A stretch of 64,000 bases of DNA from Alphaproteobacteria bacterium (GCA_051885355.1 JBJEXC010000002.1:10496-74495), one strand, 5' to 3'; shown: positions 1 through 10,055, counted from the first letter of the stretch. A program made the numbers and translations. The notes: a model not told the origin generated them from the sequence alone.

Positions 1-202
1 CGATGATCGTGGAACAAGAAAATACAACCAAGCTCTTGGTGAAAAACGTGCAAATGCTGCTAAACGTTATTTAATTGCTCAAGGTGTTTCTGCTAAACGT
101 ATTACAACAGTATCTTATGGTAAAGATAAACCTGCTGTTCTTGGAAACACAGAAGAAGCATATGCTAAAAACCGTCGTGATGTAACTGTTATTGCAAAAT
201 AA
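1..202 (+). CDS. pal: OmpA-family / peptidoglycan-associated lipoprotein (Pal-like), C-terminal fragment; 5' end lies outside the window
   Basis: Frame 2 translates to ...[66 protein letters not shown], the characteristic OmpA/Pal C-terminal peptidoglycan-binding motif. Stop TAA at 200-202. Confidence 0.6.
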   Translation, partial: DDRGTRKYNQALGEKRANAAKRYLIAQGVSAKRITTVSYGKDKPAVLGNTEEAYAKNRRDVTVIAK

Positions 203-225
203 CTTATACATTATATGTTTTTAAG

Positions 226-250
226 GCCTCCTTTATGGGGGCTTTTTTTT
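226..250 (+). terminator. rho-independent terminator-like hairpin after pal
   Basis: gcctcc-tttat-gggggc stem-loop (one G.U pair) followed by a T8 run. Confidence 0.4.
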
Positions 251-319
251 ATATTTTTATTTACATTACTTTTTTGTTATGCTAAATTTTAATTACTTTT
301 AACTTTATGGGGAAATATT

Positions 320-892
320 ATGGCATATACAAATTTCAATGAAATAAAAACTGACTTAAATTCAAAAATGACAAAGGCATTAGATGTTTTTAAAAAGGAT
401 TTATCCGGTCTTCGCACTGGTCGTGCATCTATAAACCTTCTTGATAATATTATGGTGATGGCGTATGGTGCTCCTACACCTATTAATCAAGTGGCAAGTC
501 TTTCTACTCCTGATGCAAGAACTATTTCTATTTCTGTTTGGGATAAATCTGTTGCAGGAGCGGTGGAAAAGGCTATAAGAGATTCTGATTTGGGACTTAA
601 TCCTGCATCTGATGGAACACTTATAAGAATTACTCTTCCAACTCTTACAGAGGAAAGAAGAAAGGAACTTGTAAAGGTGGCAAATAACTATTGTGAACAG
701 GCAAAAGTTTCTGTTCGTAATATTAGGCGTGATGGTATGGACGGTGTAAAGGCTCTTGAAAAGGACAAAGTTATTTCTGAAGATGAAAGAAAAGCAAACG
801 AAGATGAAATTCAAAAAATTACTGACAAATTTACTAATGAAATTGATGAACATCTTAAAACTAAACAAGCAGAAATTATGAGTATTTCATAG
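320..892 (+). CDS. frr: ribosome recycling factor
   Basis: 190 aa; typical RRF sequence (…GLRTGRASINLLDNI…VRNIRRDG…). Conserved frr-uppS-cdsA order. Confidence 0.9.
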   Translation: MAYTNFNEIKTDLNSKMTKALDVFKKDLSGLRTGRASINLLDNIMVMAYGAPTPINQVASLSTPDARTISISVWDKSVAGAVEKAIRDSDLGLNPASDGTLIRITLPTLTEERRKELVKVANNYCEQAKVSVRNIRRDGMDGVKALEKDKVISEDERKANEDEIQKITDKFTNEIDEHLKTKQAEIMSIS

Positions 893-901
893 GAGTTTTT
901 T

Positions 902-1612
902 ATGGCGGATAATTTGAAAATTCCTCAACATATTGCCATTATTATGGACGGTAATGGAAGATGGGCGAAATCTAAGGGGCTTCCTAGAACTGTGGGACAT
1001 ACTAATGGTGCAAAAGCAATGCAACGAGTGGTGGAAGCATGTAAAAAATTTGGTGTGAAAATACTTACTGTTTATGCTTTTTCAACTGAAAATTGGAATA
1101 GACCAAAGGAAGAAGTTGATTTTTTGATGGATTTATTTGCAAAATATCTTAAAAATCAATCAAAAAAGTTAGTGGAAAACAAAATTCGTTTTAGGGTGCT
1201 TGGCGATAAATCTCGATTTTCAAAGGATATTCAAGAATCTATGATAAAACTTGAAAATGAAACAAGGGATTTTGATGAATTTTATCTTAATGTTGCGATG
1301 AATTATGGTGGCAGGGCTGAAATTGTAAAGGCTGTAAAGGAAATTGCTGATGAAGTAAAATCTGGAAACCTTGATATAAATTCAATTGATGAAAAGGTTT
1401 TTGAAAATCATATTTATACTGCGGGACAACCTTCGCCTGATTTAATAATTCGCACAAGTGGGGAACAAAGGTTGAGCGGATTTTTATTATGGCAATGTTC
1501 GTATAGTGAACTTTACTTTCCAAAAACTAATTTTCCTGATTTTGATGAGGAACAAATCAAACTTGCAATAGAAGAATACACAAAAAGGGATAGACGCTAT
1601 GGAAAAGTTTAA
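902..1612 (+). CDS. uppS: undecaprenyl diphosphate synthase (di-trans,poly-cis-decaprenylcistransferase)
   Basis: HIAIIMDGNGRWA motif, a cis-prenyltransferase signature; 236 aa. Confidence 0.9.
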   Translation: MADNLKIPQHIAIIMDGNGRWAKSKGLPRTVGHTNGAKAMQRVVEACKKFGVKILTVYAFSTENWNRPKEEVDFLMDLFAKYLKNQSKKLVENKIRFRVLGDKSRFSKDIQESMIKLENETRDFDEFYLNVAMNYGGRAEIVKAVKEIADEVKSGNLDINSIDEKVFENHIYTAGQPSPDLIIRTSGEQRLSGFLLWQCSYSELYFPKTNFPDFDEEQIKLAIEEYTKRDRRYGKV

Positions 1613-2459
1613 AAAAATTTTTGCACCTTTTATTTCAACAAACAAAAGACTTCGTATCACAACGGCAATTATTATGCTTTTGTGTGCTTTTATAATTTTT
1701 AAAATTGGAGTGGTGGCTGTATCTGCCTTGGCTTTGTTTATAAGTTCCCTTATGATTTATGAATATGATATAAAACTTTTCAAAGTATCATCAAAAAAAT
1801 TTTTGTGGGATTTGATAAGTATTTGCGGAATGCTTTGTTTGTTTTGTCTTAACAAATTTACATATAAATTTCCAGCATATTATTTTTCTGCTATTTTTGT
1901 TGGCTTATTCTGTATTTCAAATCTTTTTAACATTGCAACGGACAGAAAGCATTGGATACTTGAAAGTTTAGAGCCTATTTATATAGGGTTTGGAATTATG
2001 TCTTTGTTGTATCTTTATTTCTTAGATGCTTTTTCTCTTATATATGTATTTGTAATAACTATATCAACAGACAGTGGTGCATATTTTATAGGTGGTTTAG
2101 TGGGTGGTCCAAAGTTATGTCCTAAAATCAGTCCGAAAAAAACTATCAGTGGAGCGATTGGTGGAGTGCTTTGTGCTTTTGCATTTGGAACAACTCTTTT
2201 AATTGGTATTGTATGGCTTTCTGGTGATTATTTTGGAAGTATTTATGTGTTTGCTTTAATCACTATTATACTTTCAATGATTTCTCAAATAGGAGATTTA
2301 TTTGAATCGTGGCTTAAAAGATTAAATAACATAAAAGATTCGAGCAATATTATCCCAGGTCATGGTGGTGTGCTTGACAGGTTTGACAGTATTTTATTTG
2401 TTGCGCCGGTTATGGCTTTGATTATTGCCTTTGCAAAGGAAGGAATTTTTTACCTTTGA
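1599..2459 (+). CDS. cdsA: phosphatidate cytidylyltransferase
   Basis: Multi-TM protein with C-terminal GHGGVLDRFDS CTP-transferase motif; overlaps the uppS stop. Confidence 0.85.
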   Translation: MEKFKKIFAPFISTNKRLRITTAIIMLLCAFIIFKIGVVAVSALALFISSLMIYEYDIKLFKVSSKKFLWDLISICGMLCLFCLNKFTYKFPAYYFSAIFVGLFCISNLFNIATDRKHWILESLEPIYIGFGIMSLLYLYFLDAFSLIYVFVITISTDSGAYFIGGLVGGPKLCPKISPKKTISGAIGGVLCAFAFGTTLLIGIVWLSGDYFGSIYVFALITIILSMISQIGDLFESWLKRLNNIKDSSNIIPGHGGVLDRFDSILFVAPVMALIIAFAKEGIFYL

Positions 2460-2501
2460 TTAAAAATTGATAAAAAAGCCGGCTTTTAGAGGAAAAAATT
2501 T

Positions 2502-5468
2502 ATGAAAAATGTATTTAACATATCGCCTGTTTATTCTTTTTTAGATGTGCTTGGTGAATATGTATTAAATACAGCAAAATCCCAAAAACTTAATATAGCA
2601 AATGATATTATACTTCTTCCAACAAGAAGGGCGTGTCGTGCATTGAAAGATGTTTTTGTTCGCCTTAATAATGGGGCAAGTGTGCTTCCTAAAATACTTC
2701 CTCTTGGTGATGTGGATGAAGATGGATTCGCGTTTCTTGATTATGAAAATGATAATATAATTGCAGAGGAACTGCTTCCTGCAATTCCTGATGTGGAAAG
2801 GAATTTAATTCTTTCTACGCTTATAAAGAAAAAGAATCCAACTCTTAATGATGAGCAGGCGTTTGCGCTTGCGGTGGATTTGGCACATCTTATAGATACA
2901 GTTGAAATGGAGATGTTGGATTTTTCTGGCTTGTCTGAAATAGTGCCGGAAAACCTATCTATTTATTGGCAGGATACATTGAAATTTTTGCAAATTATTA
3001 CTGAGTGGTATCCGCAAATTTTAAAGGAGAGAGGTTATCTTAATCCCATTGATAGAAAGATAAAACTTATATATAAGCAAGTGGAAATATGGAAGAAAAA
3101 TCCGACTGGGGGAAGGATTTTTGTTGCGGGGTCTACTGGTTCGCTTGTGCCTATATCCTATATGATAAATGCTATATCAGAAATGGAAAATGGGTATGTG
3201 ATACTTCCTCATCTTGATAGGGTTTTAAGTGATAATGATTTTTTTAATGTGGGGCAAAATCATCCTCAGTATGGTATCAAAAACCTTCTTTTGAAAATGA
3301 AAGTTAAGCGTAGCGATGTTATAGATTTAGAACCCTTCTCTACTAAAACTGTTGCATTAAAAGACAGGGAAGTTTTGGCAAGTTATATTATGCTTAATTC
3401 ATCATTAAATGATACATGGCAGAATATGCCTGCTGTATCCTCAAATGTATTAGATGGGGTTTCGAAGATAGTTCTTAAAACTGATTCTGATGAAACTTTG
3501 GCAATATCACTTTGTTTGAAAAAGATGGTGGAGGAAGGTAAAAAAACTTTGCTTATTACTCCTGATAGAAAGATTGCGAAGTCGGTTGCCTCTGAACTTA
3601 AACGATGGAATATAATTGTTGATGATTCGGCAGGTATCAGTGCAAGTGAAATTGATATTGGAAATTATATGATACTTCTTTTAAATGCGATAATTGATAA
3701 GTATCCTCCGTTTGAAATGCTTTCCATTTTGAAACATAAATTTACATCTTTTGGTTATTCAAAGGATGTTTTAGAGGGCATTGTAAATAATCTTGAAAGA
3801 GAAGTTTTGCGTGGCAATTTTGGGTTGGAAACTTTGGATAAAATTATATCAAAGGCAGAGGAAGCAAAACTTGTAAAAGAAGAAATTGTTATAACTCCTA
3901 TTTTACAACTTCTTTCGAAATTGAATGAAAAAGCCAGTGTTTTTGATAAAATTTTTGATACGGAGGATAAAAAAGCCTCGCTATATGATATATTAAGTAA
4001 TCATATAAATATTGTTGAAGAATTTGTGCAAAATGATGAAAAAGAACCGGCTTTTGTGGATAAAATTTTATATAATGGCGATTTGGAATCGCAACTTTCA
4101 AATGCTTTGCGGGAACTTTTGGCAACACTTTTGAAACTTAAAAATGACGATTTGGGTATTGATAGAATGGATTTAAAATCCTATCGCGATTTTATTTCAA
4201 ATTATCTTTTTAATTTAAAGTTGCGACCTACTGTCAATTCGCATCCATTGATTGCGATTATGAATTCGATTGAGGCAAGACTTCTTGACGCTGATGTGTT
4301 TATTATGGCGGGACTTAACGAGCAAACTTTTCCATCTACCACAGCAGATGATCCATGGATGAGCAGACCTATGAAGGGTAAATTTGGGCTTCCACTTCCA
4401 GAGCGAAAAATTGGATTATCTTCACATGATTTTACTGAATTTTTCTGTAAGCCTAATATTATTATGACAAGGGCGGTAAAGGTTGATGGAACTAATACTA
4501 TCGAATCGCGATGGCTTCAAAAACTTGATGCGATAGTGCAAATTAAAAACTTACATATTGATGATGAGTTTTCAAAAACTGTTTCTTATTGGACGCTTAA
4601 TATTGATAAAAGCGAATCGAAGCCAGTAAAATGTGAAAGACCTGCACCAAAGCCACCTGTTTATGCAAGACCGCGCGAACTTTGGGCTACAAGTATTGAA
4701 AAACTTTATCGTGACCCGTATATAATTTTTGCAAATAAAATTTTAAAACTTAAAAAACTTGATGATATTGATATGGATACTATGCCAGCGGATTTTGGAA
4801 ATATTATTCATAATTCGTTAGAGGAGTTTAAAAGCAAAAATCTTTCTACCTATACTGATTTAATGGCGATTATTATGCGCAGTGCTTTGCCATACAAGGA
4901 AATTGATATAATTGATTTTTGGTATAAGAAGTTTGAAGATATTGCAAAGTGGTTTATTGATTATGAGGCAAGTATTAAAAATTTAGTAACAAATACCTAC
5001 ACAGAAATAAGTGGTGAAATGAAAATTACATCTAATTTCACACTTAAAGCAAAGGCGGACAGAATAGATATTCTTAAAAATTCTGGTGGAGCGATTATTT
5101 CTGATTATAAAACAGGAACTGCTCCTTCGAAAAGGGAGGTTTGTTCTGGATATGCACCGCAACTTCTTTTGGAAGCACTTATCCTTAATAATAATGGGTT
5201 TGCTTCTTTAAAAGGAAAGTCAACGGTTTCAGAACTTAGATATTTAGAAATTGCGAAAGGAAATCTTTCCTTATTCACAGAGGAAAGTGTTGAACTTAAC
5301 AAATTACTTTTAAAAACACATCAAACTTTATTTAACATTATTACGAAGTTTGAAGATGAAAATACGCCTTATATATCGCGCCCTAACCCTTCAAAAGTTG
5401 GAAGTGCGATAGAAGAATATTCTGAATATACTCATCTTGCAAGAGTGAAAGAATGGAGCGAACAGTAG
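2502..5468 (+). CDS. addB: double-strand break repair protein AddB-like (inactivated helicase-like N-terminus plus C-terminal PD-(D/E)XK nuclease)
   Basis: 988 aa. The C-terminus contains ADRIDIL…ISDYKTG, a RecB-family nuclease motif. Size and architecture match alphaproteobacterial AddB. Confidence 0.55.
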   Translation: MKNVFNISPVYSFLDVLGEYVLNTAKSQKLNIANDIILLPTRRACRALKDVFVRLNNGASVLPKILPLGDVDEDGFAFLDYENDNIIAEELLPAIPDVERNLILSTLIKKKNPTLNDEQAFALAVDLAHLIDTVEMEMLDFSGLSEIVPENLSIYWQDTLKFLQIITEWYPQILKERGYLNPIDRKIKLIYKQVEIWKKNPTGGRIFVAGSTGSLVPISYMINAISEMENGYVILPHLDRVLSDNDFFNVGQNHPQYGIKNLLLKMKVKRSDVIDLEPFSTKTVALKDREVLASYIMLNSSLNDTWQNMPAVSSNVLDGVSKIVLKTDSDETLAISLCLKKMVEEGKKTLLITPDRKIAKSVASELKRWNIIVDDSAGISASEIDIGNYMILLLNAIIDKYPPFEMLSILKHKFTSFGYSKDVLEGIVNNLEREVLRGNFGLETLDKIISKAEEAKLVKEEIVITPILQLLSKLNEKASVFDKIFDTEDKKASLYDILSNHINIVEEFVQNDEKEPAFVDKILYNGDLESQLSNALRELLATLLKLKNDDLGIDRMDLKSYRDFISNYLFNLKLRPTVNSHPLIAIMNSIEARLLDADVFIMAGLNEQTFPSTTADDPWMSRPMKGKFGLPLPERKIGLSSHDFTEFFCKPNIIMTRAVKVDGTNTIESRWLQKLDAIVQIKNLHIDDEFSKTVSYWTLNIDKSESKPVKCERPAPKPPVYARPRELWATSIEKLYRDPYIIFANKILKLKKLDDIDMDTMPADFGNIIHNSLEEFKSKNLSTYTDLMAIIMRSALPYKEIDIIDFWYKKFEDIAKWFIDYEASIKNLVTNTYTEISGEMKITSNFTLKAKADRIDILKNSGGAIISDYKTGTAPSKREVCSGYAPQLLLEALILNNNGFASLKGKSTVSELRYLEIAKGNLSLFTEESVELNKLLLKTHQTLFNIITKFEDENTPYISRPNPSKVGSAIEEYSEYTHLARVKEWSEQ

Positions 5469-5472
5469 GAAT

Positions 5473-6132
5473 TTATGCTTCTATTGTTTCAGATAATAAC
5501 CAGTTGGAATTCTTTTTTGCATAATCCCTTGAAAAAACTAAAATATCCTTCATTGTTTCAAGTTGATTATCGTCGCCCTTTATAACTTTGCCAGCCTTAT
5601 CCTTTATAAAAGCACATTGTTCGGTTGTATATTCTATAACAATTTTTGCTAATTTATGTTCAATAATTATATCTGTCATAATTATTTTTTTAAAACGAAC
5701 AATTTCTGTAATTAAAGTTTGTTCCTTCTTTTCAATTTCCTTTATTTGCTCATCAAAAAGGTTATAAATATTTTCTGTGACAAGAGGTTTTAAATTTTTT
5801 CTGTCCTTTAATTCCATATATTTTGTAATTTTTTCAAAAGTTTTTTTTGAATTATCAAGAAAAGTTTCTGGATTAAAATCCTTATCTAATTTAGAAAGTT
5901 CCGCCGTTCTTTCGTTTATATGTTCTTTAAGAAGTTGTTGCATAACTTCGTTCACTATACGTTTATCCTTTAATTCCAATATACTTTTTACAAAATTCTT
6001 TTTAAATTGTTGATTTGCTGCAATATCTGAATTTTTATTATTTTTTGCATTTTCAGGTTTAAGTATTCCGTAAAGTGAAATAACTATTACGATAAAAAGT
6101 CCAATAATTAAAAAATCAAATAAATTTAACAT
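5473..6132 (-). CDS. Tim44-like domain protein (membrane-anchored)
   Basis: N-terminal TM helix plus a C-terminal Tim44-like domain. Adjacent to secB, as is typical in alphaproteobacteria. Confidence 0.55.
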   Translation of the reverse strand: MLNLFDFLIIGLFIVIVISLYGILKPENAKNNKNSDIAANQQFKKNFVKSILELKDKRIVNEVMQQLLKEHINERTAELSKLDKDFNPETFLDNSKKTFEKITKYMELKDRKNLKPLVTENIYNLFDEQIKEIEKKEQTLITEIVRFKKIIMTDIIIEHKLAKIVIEYTTEQCAFIKDKAGKVIKGDDNQLETMKDILVFSRDYAKKNSNWLLSETIEA

Positions 6133-6216
6133 TATTACCCTTTAAAAATTTTCTTGTTTAATTTATATAATATAATATAGTATAAATATCAACAAATTTA
6201 AAGAGGAAAAAATAAA

Positions 6217-6687
6217 ATGAATGAAAATTTACAAAACAATACTCAAAAAAAACCTGAATTTGAAATACTTAATCAATTTATAAAGGATTTATCTTTGGAA
6301 GCACCTAACTCTCCTAAGATTTTCTTTGAAAAAATTGAAGAAAAGCCAAATATGGAAATTAATTTGGAAGTAAAATCTACTCCTGTTAATGAAAAACTTT
6401 TTGAAGTAGTTCTTCATATAAAAGTTAAAAATACATTAAAGGAACAAGTTTTATACTTAATTGACCTTTCCTATGGTGCTATGGTGGTTTTAAATGTTGA
6501 AGATGAGGAAACTAAGAAAGCACATCTTTTGAAATCTGTGCCATCATATCTTTTCCCATTTGTAAGGAGTATAATTTCTGATTTAACAAAGGATAGTGGA
6601 TTTATGCCTTTTGTCCTTCAACCTATCAATTTTGATGGATTAAAAGAAGAAAATAAGCAACCTCTTCCTGCAAATGAAAATAAATAG
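6217..6687 (+). CDS. secB: protein-export chaperone SecB
   Basis: 156 aa; SecB-like sequence (…FEVVLHIKVKN…VLYLIDLSYGAMV…CPSYLFPFVRSII…). Confidence 0.85.
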   Translation: MNENLQNNTQKKPEFEILNQFIKDLSLEAPNSPKIFFEKIEEKPNMEINLEVKSTPVNEKLFEVVLHIKVKNTLKEQVLYLIDLSYGAMVVLNVEDEETKKAHLLKSVPSYLFPFVRSIISDLTKDSGFMPFVLQPINFDGLKEENKQPLPANENK

Positions 6688-6697
6688 AAAGTATTAG

Positions 6698-7492
6698 ATG
6701 GTTAAAAATATTATTGCTATTATTAAAATAATCTTTTTTGTGCTTTGGATGATTGTGCAGATGCCTATTTTGATAATTATGCATTACACAAGGATTTTGA
6801 TGCCATGGTATGCAAAATTTTATTTTAAGGCAGTTTGTTTGATTTTAGGAATAAAAGTAAAAGTAAAGGGTGAAAAACTTTCCAATGCTAAAAAACTTCT
6901 TATCCTTTCGAATCATGCTTCGTATTTAGATATTTTTGCTTTGGGTTCCGTATTTAAAACTAACTTCGTATCAAAGGCAGATGTGAAAAAGTGGCCTTTA
7001 TTTGGCTGGATTGCATCCCTTGGCAATACTGTGTATATTACAAGGAACAGAATGGATGCAAAAAATCAGATAAATGTTCTTGATAGGGCATTTGAAAAAC
7101 GCAAACTCCCTCTTATTATTTTTCCAGAAGGAACAAGTTCTAATGGGTGTGAGGTTTTGCCTTTTAAAAGTTCTATGTTTGCGATGTTTGAAAATCAAAT
7201 AGGAAAAAAGTCCGATAGTAATATTGTAATTCAACCTGTTTCTATGGCATATGTTTCAAAAAGAGGTAAAAAAATGACTGATAGTGAAAGGCAAGCGTTT
7301 GCCTGGTGGCTTGACAGTCAGACTATCACAAATCATCTTTTTGGTGCGGTAAGGGCTATGCCTGTTGATGTAGAAGTTATTATTCACAAGCCTATTGATA
7401 TTTCTAAATTCAAAGACAGAAAAGAACTTGCTTTGTATTGTCATAATATAGTAGAATCTGGATTTAATAAACTTATAGATAAGGAGGCATAA
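6698..7492 (+). CDS. plsC: 1-acyl-sn-glycerol-3-phosphate acyltransferase
   Basis: NHASYLD (HX4D) and FPEGTSS acyltransferase motifs; N-terminal TM segment. Confidence 0.8.
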   Translation: MVKNIIAIIKIIFFVLWMIVQMPILIIMHYTRILMPWYAKFYFKAVCLILGIKVKVKGEKLSNAKKLLILSNHASYLDIFALGSVFKTNFVSKADVKKWPLFGWIASLGNTVYITRNRMDAKNQINVLDRAFEKRKLPLIIFPEGTSSNGCEVLPFKSSMFAMFENQIGKKSDSNIVIQPVSMAYVSKRGKKMTDSERQAFAWWLDSQTITNHLFGAVRAMPVDVEVIIHKPIDISKFKDRKELALYCHNIVESGFNKLIDKEA

Positions 7493-7677
7493 TGTTAGGT
7501 GGAAGTAAAAGAATTTCTATTGGAAATAACAGAAGAAGAAATCCCATTTCAAAAAAACAGATATTAATTTTGCTTGTTTTGGTTTTGATTATATTCCTAT
7601 CTGTTTGGCAAATGCCTATAAATCAAAAAACTGTGTCGGAAAATATTGAAACGCCTGTGCCAACAGAAATTAAATAA
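7492..7677 (+). CDS. small membrane protein (hypothetical)
   Basis: 61 aa ORF with one TM helix. Strong SD (aaggagg) lies inside the plsC 3' end. ATG overlaps the plsC stop (taATG). Confidence 0.35.
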   Translation: MLGGSKRISIGNNRRRNPISKKQILILLVLVLIIFLSVWQMPINQKTVSENIETPVPTEIK

Positions 7678-7682
7678 AAAAG

Positions 7683-7707
7683 GACGGTGATTACCGTCTT
7701 TTATTTT
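7683..7707. terminator. bidirectional rho-independent terminator
   Basis: gacggt-gatt-accgtc hairpin followed by ttttatttt; sits between convergent genes. Confidence 0.5.
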
Positions 7708-8003
7708 ATAAATCTTTTGTTGTTTATTTCTATTTTGCTTTTGATGGCTTCATTTAAATCTATGCCACATTTTTCAGCCAAAGCGTAAAGGTATATAGCG
7801 ACATCTGCCATTTCGTGTTTAAGAGAACTTTTATCCTCCTCTGGTGGTAATTCTTTATTATATACATATTTAGCACGAATTGCAGTCGCAAGTTCACCAA
7901 TTTCGCATGTAAGACCACAAAGAAGAAGCATTTGGTCTTCCTCATTAAAATGCCAACACTTTCTTGCATTACAAACAGTGTTTTGAATTTTTTTATCTGA
8001 CAT
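7701..8003 (-). CDS. MazG-like nucleotide pyrophosphohydrolase (small single-domain)
   Basis: 100 aa; the EIGELATAIR…EMADVAIYLYALA pattern fits the MazG/NTP-PPase helical fold. Confidence 0.65.
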   Translation of the reverse strand: MSDKKIQNTVCNARKCWHFNEEDQMLLLCGLTCEIGELATAIRAKYVYNKELPPEEDKSSLKHEMADVAIYLYALAEKCGIDLNEAIKSKIEINNKRFIK

Positions 8004-8017
8004 AGGGGCCTCCTATA

Positions 8018-8599
8018 CTATCTGCTGAAAACTTTATTAAATATATCTTCGTCACAAATAAGTCCGTTATAAACTATTTGCGGTTTGTTTGGAATACTTA
8101 AAACTTTTTTGTTTTCATGTTCTTTTTTATAAGCGTTATATATTTCCTGTGCGAAATATTGCAAATGTGATTGTTCTGGGGAAACAAATGCTTTTTTTAT
8201 AAAAAAATCAAAATTATTAAACAGATTTATAAATTTAATGACTGTTTCATTTTCTAATGGGTTTTCCCAAATTCTTTTCAATGTTGAATTTCTTTTTACT
8301 TTATAAGGGGGGTCCCATTTTGTATTTTGAACAGTTGCATAGCCATTTAGGTAAGAACTTTTATTAAAATGAAGATGTTCGAAAATTATTTCTGAGGTAT
8401 ATGCTTTATCCTTTTTATGATTATCTTTAAATCGTAGGATTGCAATTTCTGTTACCTGTTTATCATTAAAAGTAAAGGGAACTTCTCTTTCAATATCTAT
8501 ACAATATGGTCTTTTGGAATCGTAAGATGTAGGAAAAAATGCCTTTATTAAAAAATCACCTTCTTTTTTTGTTTCGGTATTATTTATTAGTAATTTCAT
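8018..8599 (-). CDS. hypothetical protein
   Basis: 193 aa ORF with no recognisable motif. Its start overlaps the proS stop by 20 nt on the same strand. Confidence 0.4.
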   Translation of the reverse strand: MKLLINNTETKKEGDFLIKAFFPTSYDSKRPYCIDIEREVPFTFNDKQVTEIAILRFKDNHKKDKAYTSEIIFEHLHFNKSSYLNGYATVQNTKWDPPYKVKRNSTLKRIWENPLENETVIKFINLFNNFDFFIKKAFVSPEQSHLQYFAQEIYNAYKKEHENKKVLSIPNKPQIVYNGLICDEDIFNKVFSR

Positions 8600-9866
8600 T
8601 TTCTATAATCTCCTTTATTTCACCTGCAATATTTGTTGTTGAAAGTTCGGATTTATATTCATTTGAAAGTCCAGAATATTTCATTTCAAATATATTTTTT
8701 TCAAGATTTTTAGGACTTATTATTGCGCGAATCGGTGCGCCAATTAAATCTGCATTTGCGAATTTGGACCCTGCTCTGTCCGCTGTTGTATCAATTATAG
8801 TAGGGACGCCAGCGGAGGTTAGTTTTTCATATAAATCATTTGCAAGGTGAAGAACCTTTTCATCATCGCCAATGGAAATTATATGAACTTTGTATGGAGC
8901 AATTGTCATATTGAAAATTGCCTTTGATTCATCTTCACTTTGTTCCAAAAGGCACGCAAGGGTGCGAGAAACACCAATACCATAGCAACCCATAATAGGG
9001 GTTTGCTTTTTGCCATCCTCATCCATATAAGTGACATTCATTGCCTTTGTATATTTATCACCAAGTTGGAAGATATTTCCAACCTCTACACCACGAAGTT
9101 TTTGAAGTTTCTTTCCACATTTTGGGCAGATTAAGATATCGTCTGCATCTTTATCAGTTAGGACTTCTTTATTTGCACGGTAATCGCAACCTTCACAAAT
9201 GTAGATAGTGTCTTCACCAATATCGGTTATCATTTGAAATTCGTGGGAAATTTTGCCCCCCATATCGCCGGTAGGAGCGAGAATATCTACAACATTTTTT
9301 AAACCTACACGTTTATAAATTACCTTGTAAATTTCAAGCATTTTATCGTAAAACTTATTCAAATCTTCCCAATCTGTGTGATATGAATATGCGTCCTTCA
9401 TCATAAATTCGCGTGTTCTGATAAGCCCTGCCCTTGCACGAAGTTCATCACGATATTTTGTTTGTATTTGATAAAGGCAAAATGGAAGTTGCTTATAACT
9501 TTGCAAAGTGGAACGAACATAATCGGAAATGATTTCTTCGTGTGTTGGATTTAAAACTGCATCAGTGCCTGCACGAGTTTTGAATTTTAATAAAACATCA
9601 ACTGTATCGAATCTTCCTGTTTCCTTCCAAATTGTGGCAGGTGATACCATAGGCATAAGTATTTCCTGACAACCAAGTTTTGATAATTCTTCGCGTATTA
9701 CTTTTTCTATATTTAAAAGTAATGTTAAGCCTAAGGAAGAATAAGTGTAAAGTCCGGCACCGGTTTGATGAACATAACCACCCTTTAATGCTAATTTATG
9801 ACCAGAGGTTGTTGCATCGGATGGAAGTTCTTTTGTTCGTTTTATGAATAAGTTTTCAATTCTCAT
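8580..9866 (-). CDS. proS: prolyl-tRNA synthetase (short alphaproteobacterial type)
   Basis: 428 aa class II aaRS with a C-terminal anticodon-binding domain; characteristic ProRS sequence. Confidence 0.85.
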   Translation of the reverse strand: MRIENLFIKRTKELPSDATTSGHKLALKGGYVHQTGAGLYTYSSLGLTLLLNIEKVIREELSKLGCQEILMPMVSPATIWKETGRFDTVDVLLKFKTRAGTDAVLNPTHEEIISDYVRSTLQSYKQLPFCLYQIQTKYRDELRARAGLIRTREFMMKDAYSYHTDWEDLNKFYDKMLEIYKVIYKRVGLKNVVDILAPTGDMGGKISHEFQMITDIGEDTIYICEGCDYRANKEVLTDKDADDILICPKCGKKLQKLRGVEVGNIFQLGDKYTKAMNVTYMDEDGKKQTPIMGCYGIGVSRTLACLLEQSEDESKAIFNMTIAPYKVHIISIGDDEKVLHLANDLYEKLTSAGVPTIIDTTADRAGSKFANADLIGAPIRAIISPKNLEKNIFEMKYSGLSNEYKSELSTTNIAGEIKEIIENEITNK

Positions 9867-10054
9867 TATCTTGTTTGTCCCTTAACAATTCTTTCTATTT
9901 CATTGTAATATTCTTTTTTTACTTTTTTACAAATATCTTTCATATATTCTTGATTTTCAAAGCAGTTTTGAACGCATGGATAATACATACGACCATCATA
10001 TTCAGGACATTTATGCACAAAACTATTTAATTCTAAACTTGATATTTTTTTCAT
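9866..10054 (-). CDS. small cysteine-containing protein (twin Cx10C)
   Basis: 62 aa ORF between infA and proS, with its stop overlapping the proS start. Contains CPEYDGRMYYPC and CFENQEYMKDIC. Confidence 0.4.
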   Translation of the reverse strand: MKKISSLELNSFVHKCPEYDGRMYYPCVQNCFENQEYMKDICKKVKKEYYNEIERIVKGQTR

Positions 10055-10055
10055 T

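Noticed and set aside
401-868. 155-aa minus-strand ORF inside frr
   Set aside because: It is antisense to a conserved gene and codes for no recognisable protein.
2459-2502. aagccggctt palindrome after cdsA as a terminator
   Set aside because: It is a perfect palindrome with no loop and no convincing T-run. It is more likely coincidental than an intrinsic terminator.
9866-10054. CHCH (mitochondrial twin Cx9C) domain assignment for the small Cys protein
   Set aside because: Only 3 residues separate the two CxnC motifs, which is incompatible with a helix-loop-helix CHCH hairpin. It is kept as a generic Cys-rich small protein.
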